A stretch of DNA of 64,000 nt from Paecilomyces variotii (Eukaryota): the NCBI GenBank assembly GCA_004022145.1, contig RCNU01000009.1; one strand, given 5' to 3'. The notes under the pieces are model-generated. The model searched no databases, was not told where the DNA came from, and was given only the letters and a program-made list of their open reading frames with translations. Position numbers and translations under genes: made by a program. Within the stretch, counting starts at the first letter, position 1. Every line of letters begins with the position of its first letter. This document shows, piece by piece, positions 38,601-52,799 of the stretch.

Positions 38601-41600
38601 TGTTCTCCTCCCGTGATAAATACACCGCGACACAGAGAAGGAACCTCGTCCGGACTGAGCAGCCTCGCGAGACTAGGAGTAAGATCAATGTGCGTGATCT
38701 GCAGTGCGCGAATCGTACCGGCGAGGTCTTCAAATAGCAAATCGCGAGGGCACGAAGTGACGCAAATGCCAACACTCCAACTCCAGTATTGCTCAAGGAC
38801 ACTAACGTCAAAATGGAAAGAAGCGAATTGGAGCCATCGAGACTCGTCGTCCCAATGGCCATCAAAAAGCCTGCTGAAAGCTAGCATAGCCTGAACAGCA
38901 TTGTCGTGGGTTATTTCGCATCCCTTTGGTGTCCCAGTAGTTCCAGACGTATACAAGCAGTAACATACGTCCTGTGGCGTTACCGGTCGATCAAGGACCA
39001 CTGCACCTGACGGTACATCGTCCAAAATACCCGGTTCATCTAGCGCAAGTACTTTGATGTCAGGAATGGTCTCCAACTCTGCCTTCTTGTCGAGGGTACA
39101 TAGCAGCAACTTGGAACCTGCATCGCCCATAATAAATTGTTTTCTGGCGATCGGTGCATTGGGGTCCAGAGCCACGTATGCGCAGCCTGCTTTTAAGACA
39201 GCAAGGATTCCCAACGATGCTTCAGGACATTTATCGAAACATATACCGATTAACTGCCCTGGTTGAGCTCCGAATCTTTGTAAGAGATGGGCAAACTTAT
39301 TTCCATCAGAATCGAATTCCTCGTAAGTCCAGACTCTCTTTTCGACCCCGTTTCTTTCGATGCTGGTTGCGAACTCAAATGCTATCTTCTGAGGTACTTT
39401 GCGCGCACTTTCTTCGACGAATTCGTGCAGCAGCTGCACTGGGGAAGGTATTCTCTGTTCTTTGGCAGGTGTAATAGATAGAAAGTCGCGGCCGACGCCG
39501 GAACAGTCATCAGAGCTTGAATCCGGCGAAAAGATGGAGTCTATGATGAACTTGTCGAACTGCTCTAGAATGAGGGATGCTTGTTCTTGGGGGACAACAT
39601 CGCTTTTGCAGGTCAGCCGCAACTCCAGCTCTCCAGAGCGGGGAATCATTTCAATCGACACAGGATACTGTAAATGGTAAGCTTTCACACCGGTATTTAG
39701 TGAAGAAGGGGTACACACGTCGATCTTAGCGTCATCTTCCACGACCTCCCAAGGACGAGAGTCCTCTGTCCCAGATGACATTTTCTGGTACACAAACAGC
39801 GTGTCAAATAATCCCTGTTCAGACTTCAGCCATCGCTGGATTTTTGACAATGGCGTACGGCCATTTTTCATGAGCCCAGCGTTTAGTTTCATGATGCGGC
39901 TGGTGAGATCACGATTAGTATTCTGCACGCGGCATGGGCAAGGCACTGTCATCAGACACGGCATCACTGCCTCTTTCGCCATCTCAGATAGGTCACGACC
40001 AGATAGCACAAGCCCGAAGACTATGTTTGTTTCACCGGTATATGCAGACAGCAGTCTGGCCCATGCAGCTTGTCCAGCAGCTTGGAGCGTAATGCCTAGG
40101 TCTCGACATCCAGTGTCCAACAAAGTCAATGACCGAGAACTTTTCTTTGAGACCACGGACAACTTTCCCTTTTCTGCATGCAATGGGTTTAGGTCAGGGA
40201 ATCTAACCACTTGTGATTCTTTGAGAACGTCTTTCCAGAAGTTCTCCGTAGCGTCGCTCTCGAGCACACTGGATGTGAGAATATGACTCAACACAGGACC
40301 AATTGGGATAACATCAGCCAAGCTTTGGCCAGTATAGGCTGCTGCAACATCCCTAAAGACCAACTCTAAGGACTGGGCATCATAAATCGCATGAAGAGCT
40401 GAGAACTCGAGAAATGTACTGGACGCTGTGGTCTTTACTGCGAGGTACCAGGGAGGCCGGTGGAGATTGGCGTGAATATTCTTTCTTCTCGAAAGCGCCT
40501 CGTTGCTAGTCCCCGACTCTAGAGGCTCTCCATACCAAAGTAGTGGCATGGCATCCTTGTGGTATGTAATCATGGCAAAGGGGTATTGCTGATCTTGCAG
40601 CTGGACAAACCCTGTGCGCAGCATCTCGTGTCTTGCAACAGTCCTCGTCCAAGCTTCGTTGAGAAGCTTTTCGTCAAGAGGAGCATATGATCTCAGGACC
40701 ACGCGGGTGAAATACAACTCGCCCCCTGAGCTATAAAATAGAGAGAGCATTCCTGATTGTACAGGAGTACAGGGGCGTACTGACTGTACAAGGGTACTGT
40801 CGATGCCCAACTGCTCACACACGCGAGGACGATATTTGGTCTCGAAGGATGCGAAATCAAATTCTTGCTCGTGAGACGCATCCTCTTGCTGGCGAGTAAG
40901 AAGCGATGCTATCTCACTCACGGCTGGGGTCTGTGTCATAGTCAGTCAGTAAAACAGAATCTTATGAGAAAGATGTCTACATATGGTCACATATAGGGGT
41001 ATTTACTTCAAGAATGTCAATCACAGACACTTCATAGCCACGTTTCCTCAGGGCGCCAGCGATCTGCACAGCGTTGATACTATCGAGTCCCAGTTGGAAT
41101 ATTGTTGTCTCCAGCTTAATCAGCTCGCTCTGGACCCCGGAAAGATTGGACAACAAGTCCCGAATCTCTGTCTCTTCTGCCGTCCAGGAATACGATGTCG
41201 ATTTGGAATTAGGAAGCTCTGAATGAGAATTGCTTGCAACGAGGAGACCGTTCTGACCAGTCGTTGGCAAAGGCAAATTTGCCCTAGTATCCAGAATACT
41301 TTGATCAGCAGCCCGAGCAGAAGGATATCTGACAGTGTGTTGGACTAATGTGACAAAGTTCTGGAGGAGGATCTCTGCATCAGATTGAGAGAGCCGCGAC
41401 GTTTCTCTGTGCAGGCATATATGGACTTTATTCTCGTCTAGGTGTGGCGTAACTTCGCATATAATCGGGAAGTCCATATCTCCTTGTTCTTCGAGCAGTT
41501 GCCACAAGTCGCGACTCAACCCTCGAGCATTGTTCTGTAAAATAAGGAGAGTATCAAAAAATCTCACTCCGTTACGCAGGACATTCTTCTGAATATTTCG

Positions 41601-44600
41601 CAGAGAGCTTAGCTGGTGTTCCAGGATCTCGACGTTGCTCTCTTGGACGGTCTTCAAGATGTCAGTATTTGTCGCCGTCGAGGGTATTCTGACGCGGAAA
41701 GGGAGTGTATTGAAACATGGCCCGACTATCCTCTCGACACCTTCTAGTGGGATTGTCCGACAACTAAAGACATTACCGAAACAAACATCTGTAGAGCCAG
41801 TGTAGAAGGCGAGCAATCTAGCCCAGGCTGTGTGAAAAACGTTCAAGGGTGTCGCCAAGACCTGTTTGCACTGCTTTTCGAATGCATCGAAGGGGATATC
41901 CAATGACAATCGGGTTTGCAGATAGCCAGGATCACCTTGCTGGGGCCCATTGTTTGAGGGTGAACACAGCAGCCTTGGAGATAAGTCAGACAGATAGCGG
42001 CTCCAGAACTCGTTGGATGCATCGAGCGGTGCATTGACGGTATACTCGATGAATTTGCGAAATGGTACTGCATCAGGTAGTGATTCTCCATGATACGTTG
42101 TCTCCACTTCCTGCAAAAGGACTGCCATAGCCTCACCGTCATGAAGTGCATGGTGAAGAGAGAATAACAGGACCTTTTCGCCAGTTTCCTGGACATTGAA
42201 GAGCGTCAGAGAATAGGGTAATTTCAAGGGGTCCTGATATGTGTCCGCAGACTTGATCTTCCGCTCTTCGATTGCGGATGTCAGGAGATTAGCCGTCGTC
42301 ACTAGAGATGACCATGGTAGATCAGCATTTTTTAAGACCACCTGAGCGTAAGTGAACCGCGCATCATCGGTGGAAACGAAGCATGTTCGTAAAATATCAT
42401 GTCTTAATACCATGTTCCACCAAGCCTCTCTGAATTTGTCAGAATCCCCATTCACTCTGAACAGAAGGTGATTAAAGTAGGTCCGAGCATCCTTGCTCTC
42501 TGTCTGGGAGAGCATTGCTTCCTGAAGCGGAGTGCACGGGAGAATTTCTGCGATTTCTTTTCCAGCTCTTTCAAATTCGGACGTCACCTGGGTTATGAAG
42601 TCTTCTTTGAAGGCTTTATCCAACGTTGTGTGTTTATGTATTCCATTGACTTCCAAAATTCTCTCTGATAATGTCTTGGCTAGTCTCGCCACCGAGTTTT
42701 GGCGGAGTATAACGGAGACATCGAGTTTCCCAATACCGGCATCTCTCAGTCCCCTCGAAAAAGATATAGCGGACACCGAATCTAAGCCGAGGCTGTAGAA
42801 TGACGTGTTTCTATGGATGCTGTGTAGTGGGACGAGAGTAACCTCAGAAAGAACGGCCGCAACTCGCTGTTCCAAATCAGAGAAATTGTCATCAACCCCG
42901 GCAGGCTCAACTTCTGCAGAAAAGCTCTCCAGCTGCTCTGGTTCCATTGCCCAGAAGATCTCCTGTAGTCTTCTATGATCAGTCTTTTTCTGAGACGTCA
43001 TAGGAATGCAGTCAATTGGTATGAGTGACGACGGCACCATGTAACCAGGCAAGGCCGAACGGAGATCCTCAAAGAGATAGTTGATTATCTTCTTGTAGCC
43101 TTCATTATCCGTCTCGATCACTGGGGTGGCTGGTGTCCAGAATGAGATCAGTTGCTGCTGGGTTTGGTTCTTATTGCTAACAATCATGGTGGCACAGTCT
43201 TTGACAGATCCATCCCGCAGAAGAATACTGTTGATCTCCCCGAGTTCAATTCGAAGACCACGGAGCTTCACCTGGTCATCTCTGCGACCCGTGAAGAGTA
43301 GAGCGCCACTTGCGAGTAAACGCCCAAAGTCTCCAGATCTGTAGAGTCTACCATAGCGAGGATGTTCGATAAACTTCTCATTTGTCAAGTCTGGCATGTT
43401 CAGATAACCTCTACCCTGTCTGGGGGTCAGTATGGTTAAACGATGAATTGATCGTCAACTTACCACTTGGTCACCTCCAAAAACAAACTCGCCAACTGCG
43501 CCCCGAGGAACCAACGAGAAAGTCTTATCACCAGAGACAACAAACGCAGAAGTGTTCTTGAATGGTCTACCAATATTCCTAATCGGATCGGATGGTCCAA
43601 CATTAGGCCGAACTGTACAGATGTTTGTTGTCTCGCTTGGGCCATAACCTAGTGGATTTAGTCAACGATTGCATCGTGGGCTACGGACTCTGGATGGAAA
43701 ATACCCTGGTACAGCCCCTTTCCCCCCCAGTCTCTGTGAACCTTTGTCGTCATGCCTTCACCAGCTGTAACGAGAAATCGGACTTTTGGCACATTACTTG
43801 GGTGAATGAGTGCAGCCACTGTAGGTGTAAGACTGAGATGGGTAACATTCATGACCCGGATGACATGTTCAATGTCCCCGAACATTATGTCGTTAGTGGC
43901 TGAACAAAGGGTCATGCCTCTGTGCCATGAGAAAAATATTTCGAATACCGAAACTACCATCTATCATCAGCCTTTTTATCTCATGTTAGAAGCAAAAAAG
44001 GAAGCACCAACCGTCAAAAGCCTGAGAGCACGCCTGGAGCAGTTTTGATCCCTCTTCCACTGGATACAATTCCGTAAGAGTTGCCAGATTACTCTGTAGA
44101 TTATGATGGGTGATAAGAACGCCCTTTGGCTTTCCTGTACTTCCAGAAGTGAAAACAACGTATGCAAGATTGTCCGCTCCATTGCGAGACGGGGTATTAG
44201 TAGTAGGATAACTGTCGAAATTCTCCCTGTCGAGTGTAATCAATTTCAAAGAACCTGCAATATGCAATTTCTGCGCTATAAAAGAGTCAGTAATGCAAAA
44301 CCGTGCCCTAGACTCGGCCAGAATAAACGTTGCTCTATCAGGAGGTGTATTTGGTGTAATTGGGACGTATCCAGCCCCAATCTTGGCAACTGCGAGGATG
44401 GAAATATAGAGGTCGGCGGACTTTTCTAGGATAACGCCAACAAGGTCGTTGTCGGTCGCTCCAAGCTCGATAAGATGATGGGCAAAGCGATTTGCCCTGG
44501 CATTCAATTGACAGTAGGTGACTTCTTCTTTCGTCCCAGCACCGCTCTCCAGATCTAAAGAATGTAGGAACTCAATTGCAATCCTATCCGGGTCCTCAGA

Positions 44601-47600
44601 AGCCAGCTTTTCAACAGAATACGCCAGTCGCGGGAGATCAAGCTGGGGCTCGAAGTTCTCATTCTCTATTGAAAGAACTGATGGGGGAAGGAAGTCACTG
44701 ATTTTGTCGACTGGAAGGTCGGTAGAGTGTATAAACAAGGATACCACGGCCTCTAACTGCTCCAAGAATATTTCGACCTGAGCAGCTGGTAGGACTGACG
44801 TCTGAAAATTGACCCTGGCCTGGATTTCATTACCTCGAGGTTGCAGCTCCAGAGTCATTGTAAACTCGAGGAAGTCAGTAGCTGCGACTTCCTTGAAGAG
44901 ATCAGTCGATTGCTGTTCTCTGCTCAGCGTCTCTTGCCATATGATCAGACTGTCGAACAAGCTGACTCCTGGATCAATTCCAGAAGCCCTTTTGATGTCC
45001 TGAAGAGAGAGGTGCCCATATCGGAGAGCTTTTCGATTTGAACTATTGATCGCCGCTAGCAGATCTGCTATATTTCGTGTGCTGTCGATGTTTATCCGCG
45101 TCGGAAGGACTCTGATGCATGGTCCTATGATGGACTCAATCTCCTCAATAGGTAATGTGCGACCAGAGAATACGGTTCCAAAAACAATATCTGATGTTTC
45201 CAAATATGAGGAAAGCAAATAGCCGTAGGCGGCTTGGAATATGGCTTGCCGGCTGACTCCGAACCCCCTTGATGCCTTTTCTATTTCTGAAGCGGGAATT
45301 GACAATATTCGTTGGGCTACTCCTGTTCCTCTAGGAATATCATTCTTGTCATTCAGGTTTGGCCATGTTGTAGGAGTCACGTCGTGTAAATTGTCTTGCC
45401 AATAGACTGATGAATCGCCTGCAGATGGAAGACCATTGAATTCCAGGTAGAAATCAGTAACACGCTTGTAAGGCGGTCTCCGTGTCGGAGTCGTTCCTCT
45501 GAGAGCCACACGGAGATCTTCTAGGATCAGCTCCCACGACCATCCATCATAAAGGGCATGGTGCAAATGGATTAGAGCATGAACGTGTTGTCTCTCTTGC
45601 TTGAGCTGCACTCTAAGCGGATACAGAATGCCATTCGCATCGTCCAAGCGAATGTCGTATCTGAAGGACGGGACTTCTTCGAAAATATCAGCGTCTAATT
45701 CCTTCCAACTGAACATGCTGTAGGAGCTGTCTCCCAGTCCAGTCTCAATGAATCCAGATCGCAATATATCATTTTCTTGCGCGATACTTTGAAAGGCCCG
45801 TTTGATTAGAGAAGTCTCAATACCCTCGGAAAATTCGAGCTCGATCCAATTACAGTATGCTTGGTGATTGCGACCAGTTTCAGCAAGCATAGCCAGCTGG
45901 ATATGACTGCAAGGCTCGACATTCTGGATCTTTGAGAGAACGTCAATGGAACGCAACCTTTCGATGGTAGCATTGACAATGTTCTGCTTTACACTCAGAA
46001 TATGGCCTTTCTCGCCTTCTTCTGACGTTCTATCATGTAGGTCACCCGCAAGACGCCAGATTCCGGTGATGGAGTTAGCCTCGAGGAGCTTCCCGACGTC
46101 CAGATTTACTCCCTCCGTACGAAGTCGGGATGCCAACCGAATTGCTGTCAAAGAATCTAGACCAGCTGCTGTGAGTTCCTGTCGATCATAATGCACGGTT
46201 CCGAGAGTCTCAGAGACACATCTGACGATCTTTTCTTCAAGAGCGTCCCGGAATCTCTGCTCGCCGGACGACACCATGGCCTCCCGTCGTTGGACGAACT
46301 CCCTTTCGAGGGCTTTTCTATCAACCTTTCCAGATGGGAGTTGAGGGAAACTGTTCATGAGAATATATTCGCCGGGAACCATGAATCTCGGCAACCACCG
46401 CTTGCATGTCTCGCGGATAATATTTGCGGTAACTTTGTCATCGTTGACAAGTGCGAAAATAACAAGCGTTCCGTCCACAATAACTGCCACCGTGCTCCGC
46501 ACACCATCTGTCTTGGAGGCAACTTGTTCAATTTCACCCAGTTCTATCCTTTGGCCTCTGAGCTTCACTTGACCACTGGATATTCGCCCAAAACATTCGA
46601 TTTCACCATTGGGAAGAAGCCGAGCTTTGTCGCCGGTTCGATATAACCGACCGTGTAGCTTGCTAATTAGGAAAGCCGTTGAGTTCTCCTCTGGTCGATT
46701 GATATAGCCTTCCGCAAGTTGCAGACCACCTACAACCAATTCACCAATCTGGCCGATAGGGAGAATTTCTGGTTCCCCGTTCTGCATATCTCCTTTTTGC
46801 TCGGTGGAGACAACATATGCAGAAACGGTCTTGAAGGGCTTCCCAATAAGGTTGACCCGCGCGCTTGTCTGGAAATCAGAGGCGATCGTACAGTGTATTG
46901 CTGCTTCCGTCGGTCCATACATTCCGTGGAGAATGCCTTTTCGATTTTCCGATCCTCCAAACTCGTCCACAACATGCCGTGTAAGCATCTCGCCGATTGT
47001 GAGGAGTATCTTCAGGGACGGGGCATTATCTCGTCTCTGAAGCAACTCTCCGGCAACTGTTGGAGTGAGCTCTGCAGCGTCAACGTCCAACTTCCTCATC
47101 ACCGACGAGATATCCCGTAGCATGGTTTCCCGGTCTGCGGCAGCGAGAATTGCACCTCTGTATAGAGGGAAGAACATTTCGAAGACTGAAACGTCAAAAG
47201 TCGGTGATGCAAATTGTAGGAACCTCTTGAACGTTGGAATCAATTCGTCGTGTGCGAGTAGTGACTGCGTCACCGCACGATGTGAAATGCCAACCCCCTT
47301 TGGACGTCCAGTCGAACCGGACGTGTACATCACGTAGGCTAATCTCTCTGGGCTGATAGTCCTCTCGGGTAAACTAGAAGGTGTCTCAATTGACTGCAGG
47401 TCATCTGTAAAAACCACTCGTACTGAATCGAGAGAGGATAGTTTCGTTGCAAGGTGGCTTTGCGTAACAACCACCTCAGCAGCCACATCATTTACGATGA
47501 AGTCGATCCGTTCAGGGGGATAGTCTAGGCTAAGAGGGCAAAAAGCAGCACCTGCCTTGAGGATGGCGATAACTGAGATGTATAGATCCACGGACTGTGG

Positions 47601-48356
47601 TAATAGCACCGGGATTACCACGTCGTGAGCCTCACCTTGCTTGACAGGACCCAATGTCTCTGCCAAGCGGGCAGCCAGTCTCGTAGAAAGTCGGTCCAGG
47701 AGGTCATAGGATAAGCTTTGCACTGTCCCGTCTGCATGGAGGAAATCAATGGCGCCATTTGAACCGCATTTGCCAGTTAATGCAAGTTGATGGAGGAGCT
47801 GGGGTCCAGGGAGAATATGCGGTTGCGGGTTCGCGATGGACAGCTCCGGATGTTCAGCTGCAGGTACAACCACCTGCAGCCCACTAGTTCGAGCCTGGTT
47901 CTGGATCACTTGCTTCAGCTGCCGGCCGATCTGATCGAGGAACGACGGCGTGATGCTAACGCCGTCCGCAGAGAGATATCCCGCACCGGTCTCCAAGTCT
48001 ACCGCAATCAGCAGAGCACCCGCCAGCGATGTAGCTCTCTGTTCCTGCGCTTGGAGAGAGATGTTCTCAACTCCTTCAGTGAGAATGGCTGAATAAGTGC
48101 TGTCTGGCTGAGGAAGCAGGTCGGACGCAATCTCATGGATGGTCCTGGCAGACAAATCTGCTCTGATCGGTCTGCCGTCCAAGTTGAATACCGGAGATTC
48201 TACACCAGTGAAGGAGCGCAGCAGGGTTGCCCAAGACAAGGCGAGGACTTCTTTGGAGATGCTCTTCCCGGGGATTTTCCACTCCACCACCGACCCTGAA
48301 GAGATGAGGTCATCATCGCGGGGATAAAACTGCGGGAAAGAAGTGTATCGATCCAT
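32661..48356 (-). CDS. sidC: Ferrichrome-family (ferricrocin-type) siderophore NRPS, ~5097 aa, A-T-C-A-T-C-T-C-A-T-C-T-C-T-C; exons 48356-44012, 43953-43705, 43648-43464, 43415-41007, 40930-39719, 39667-37633, 37581-32882, 32819-32661
   Basis: Three A domains (YTSGSTGRPKG, FTSGSTGKPKG, YTSGTTGTPKG), six T domains (GLDS) and six C domains (HHALYDG, HHALHDG, LHAIYDA, FHALYDG, AHALYDG, HHALYDA). Seven GT-AG introns all keep frame. Divergent from an ornithine monooxygenase. Confidence 0.92.
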
Positions 48357-49110
48357 CGTGTTGAAGATTTATGTTTCTTTGTGTTCTTTGAAGTAGTCTC
48401 TTCTGGTCAGGATTGGATGAATGGCAGTTCCCAGGCAAGGGGGGCCTTGTTAACTATAAGTGTGTAAAGGCACTGTGCGTAAAGCCGACATATCAATCGG
48501 TCAAGAGGGAAATTGAAGAAAAACAGAAGTTTGCTTTTTCAATCGTGAGTGGGCATCTCGGTGTACATGGAGGAGAGATGGAAGTCAAGCAGAGGCAAGC
48601 AATGCCAATCAGGGCAATCCAAAAAGAAAACAAGATCCGTGCGAGGCAATCGCATTTGTCCGGGCATCACGAACAGTCCCCAGCGAGTTTGGCCACCTGA
48701 AGCGCGCTATGCGGCCAGCTCTCACAGCCCCTCCTGGAGTGTGAGATCGATGCAGCTTGACGGCGGGGTCGGATACTTGCTGGGTGGAGCCTCGAAAGCC
48801 CGACTGAGTTATCCCCGAGACTTCAACTTAGCGGCGCTTTACTCGTAGATGGGAGCCTAGGTTGCTGGCTAATTAATTAATTATTATTATTGTTATTATT
48901 ACTTGGTGCTAAGTTAGTCGAGTCCTCTAGGTAAAGGTCAGTGGGTAATAATATGTAGTACTGTACTTAGACGCTCGTTGAGCCTCGTACTGGCTTCAAC
49001 TTCCGCTGCGATGGTTCTGGTTGTTCATCCTTTGCTCCGGGCGATGTGCCTAGAGTATGAACGGGAAACAATGACGAGACCCGCGAATAAGCAACTACTG
49101 AATAAGAGCC

Positions 49111-49815
49111 ATCTGATTAGTATCAGTCAGGGTCAGTTGGTTCTTCTGTTAGCTCCGAGAAAAAGAAAATAGTTGGAAGAAGAAGAAGAAAAAAAAAGCA
49201 CAAGGGAGAGGACTAGGCTACGATCAATAGAAGCAGAAAAGGCAAGTCAGCAGGCGGGCAGATGAGCCACTACGGCAGAGTAACTGGTTAACTACAGCCA
49301 GGAAAAAGATGCAGACAAGGGTCTTGGAGGGAGGGACGGGACGGGACAATGGTGAGTGAGATCATGAGATGGATGAGCAAGTGATCCGAAAAAAGAAATA
49401 ACAAGAGAGATGGTAGTTTGTGTATGGTAGATGTCCTCAGATGACCTGTGATCGCATTTAGAATCATAAATAATAAAGCCATTCTGTTTCCAATTATATC
49501 AAACAACAATTATTTACGACCAAATGTAACAGATGTAACTAACTAACATACAATGATGGAAATGATGATGGATGGACATAGCCCGGGTCTTCCCCTATGA
49601 TAATTATTGCTTGAATCCGTCCGCGTATGCCAAGTCCCAATGTAATTTTCTTTTTCCTTTTTTCCTTTTTTTTTTTTCTCTTCTCTTCTCCGTCCTGAAT
49701 AGGAATATTAAATTACTGTAACTATTATTACCCTTACCAGAAGAAACAAAAAATGCTAGTGAACAACGCCAACGCGCGGAAATCCGACATCGGGCCAGCG
49801 CGGATCTAATCTGAT
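49111..49815. promoter_or_regulatory. Two SreA-like GATA elements in the sidC-sidA divergent promoter
   Basis: ATCTGATTA at 49111-49119 and TAATCTGAT at 49807-49815 (reverse complement ATCAGATTA). Each is one mismatch from ATCWGATAA. Confidence 0.45.
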
Positions 49816-50258
49816 CTTTTCTTCGGCCCACCCGAGCCCTTGTTAGTTAATTACGTAGACTCTAAGACCTCGCCGTGACATTATTATTGACGCCAAGCGC
49901 CTGCGGGGCTTTCTCTCTCTCTCTCTCTCTCGTTTCTTCTTCGAGTCTTGATCAGTGGATCTGGCCCATTCACGCTACTCGTGGCTCTCTCCATCATTAC
50001 TGGGTTATTGGGCGGTTGATGCGATGGTCATGGCGATGCCCTGCAGGAGTGGGAAAAGGTTCTGGTTTACTTTCTGCGTTTTTCGTCCCGCACAAGGTAG
50101 AGTGGAAACTAGACAGTCGTTTCGACCCTGTCAGTACCAGACTACTACCAGGCTACCAGCGCTGCTTTTCTCCGGAAACGCTGTAAACGGCATAAATTAA
50201 ATTCCACCGGACACAACTTGGCAGAAACTGGTGTGCTTTGGTCAGTTGCTTCTGATGT

Positions 50259-50265
50259 TATAAAA
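50259..50265 (+). promoter_or_regulatory. Candidate TATA box of sidA
   Basis: TATAAAA about 250 bp upstream of ATG 50515, ahead of a probable 5'-UTR intron. Confidence 0.45.
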
Positions 50266-50400
50266 AGGGCCGCTGTTCCTCCGCGGTTCATTGTCCGATT
50301 GATCATCCGCGTCCGATCCCCCGTAACATAGTAGATAGCGGGGAGGCAGCGTGGTACTTTTTTTTTTCCCGTACCCTTTCTTCCAAGATCGCAATACTGA

Positions 50401-52062
<1,662 letters not shown>

Positions 52063-52799
52063 ATGCCGTGGATTAAGTTATGATTATTATTGTTGCTGCT
52101 GACCCCCGGCTCTAATTCCTTATTCTGGTGTTCTCCGGTCTTGGCTGATCCGAGCGAGCTGTGTCCGACGACTGCTCCTAGGTTGATGGCATTTTCCTTT
52201 CTTTTTCTCTTCTGTTTGGTCTTCCAGCATTTTTGGATTCACTACTAGTTGGCAGCTTTCCTCTCAAAAGGGTAGACGGACCATGTAATTTAGAAATACT
52301 CTCCGCAACACAACGATAGGTCACCATGTGCTTGTCTCTTATTATTATTAAAAAGTTTGACCGTTCTTTTTTTTTGAAGTATCGAGCAAGGGCGTCTGCC
52401 GGGTTGTCTTGCTTTGTGGAAAAAGCACGCAGCTCCGGCTCGACTCATTCGATACCGTCTACTCCGTGTATTAGCTTCTTCAACTGACGGCTGCAGGCAC
52501 CTCTCCAATCCGACCGCTCGTGGGCTCCCACAGCTCTGGAACGCACGTAGCGGAACTATCCGCCCTTGGGAAACCCTTGTTCGGGCTCGTGGGGCAAGAT
52601 CAGACGACGTATGGACGAGCTGTATTGACCAGTACGCGAGTGAAATCCTGACTCCTCTAGGCACGTATGGTATTATCATGGTATTATCGTGGTAGTATTC
52701 GGACCGTCATTGCCAAGCAGGCGTTTTACTCCATAATAGTCTGGTACGATGAAGCGGGTCGGGAAAAGCGGGTCGATGAGACACTTGGAGAATGGTGCC

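Noticed and set aside
32561-48356. NRPS appearing as several separate ORFs (possible fragmented pseudogene or multiple genes)
   Set aside because: All breaks are explained by canonical in-phase GT-AG introns, giving one intact gene.
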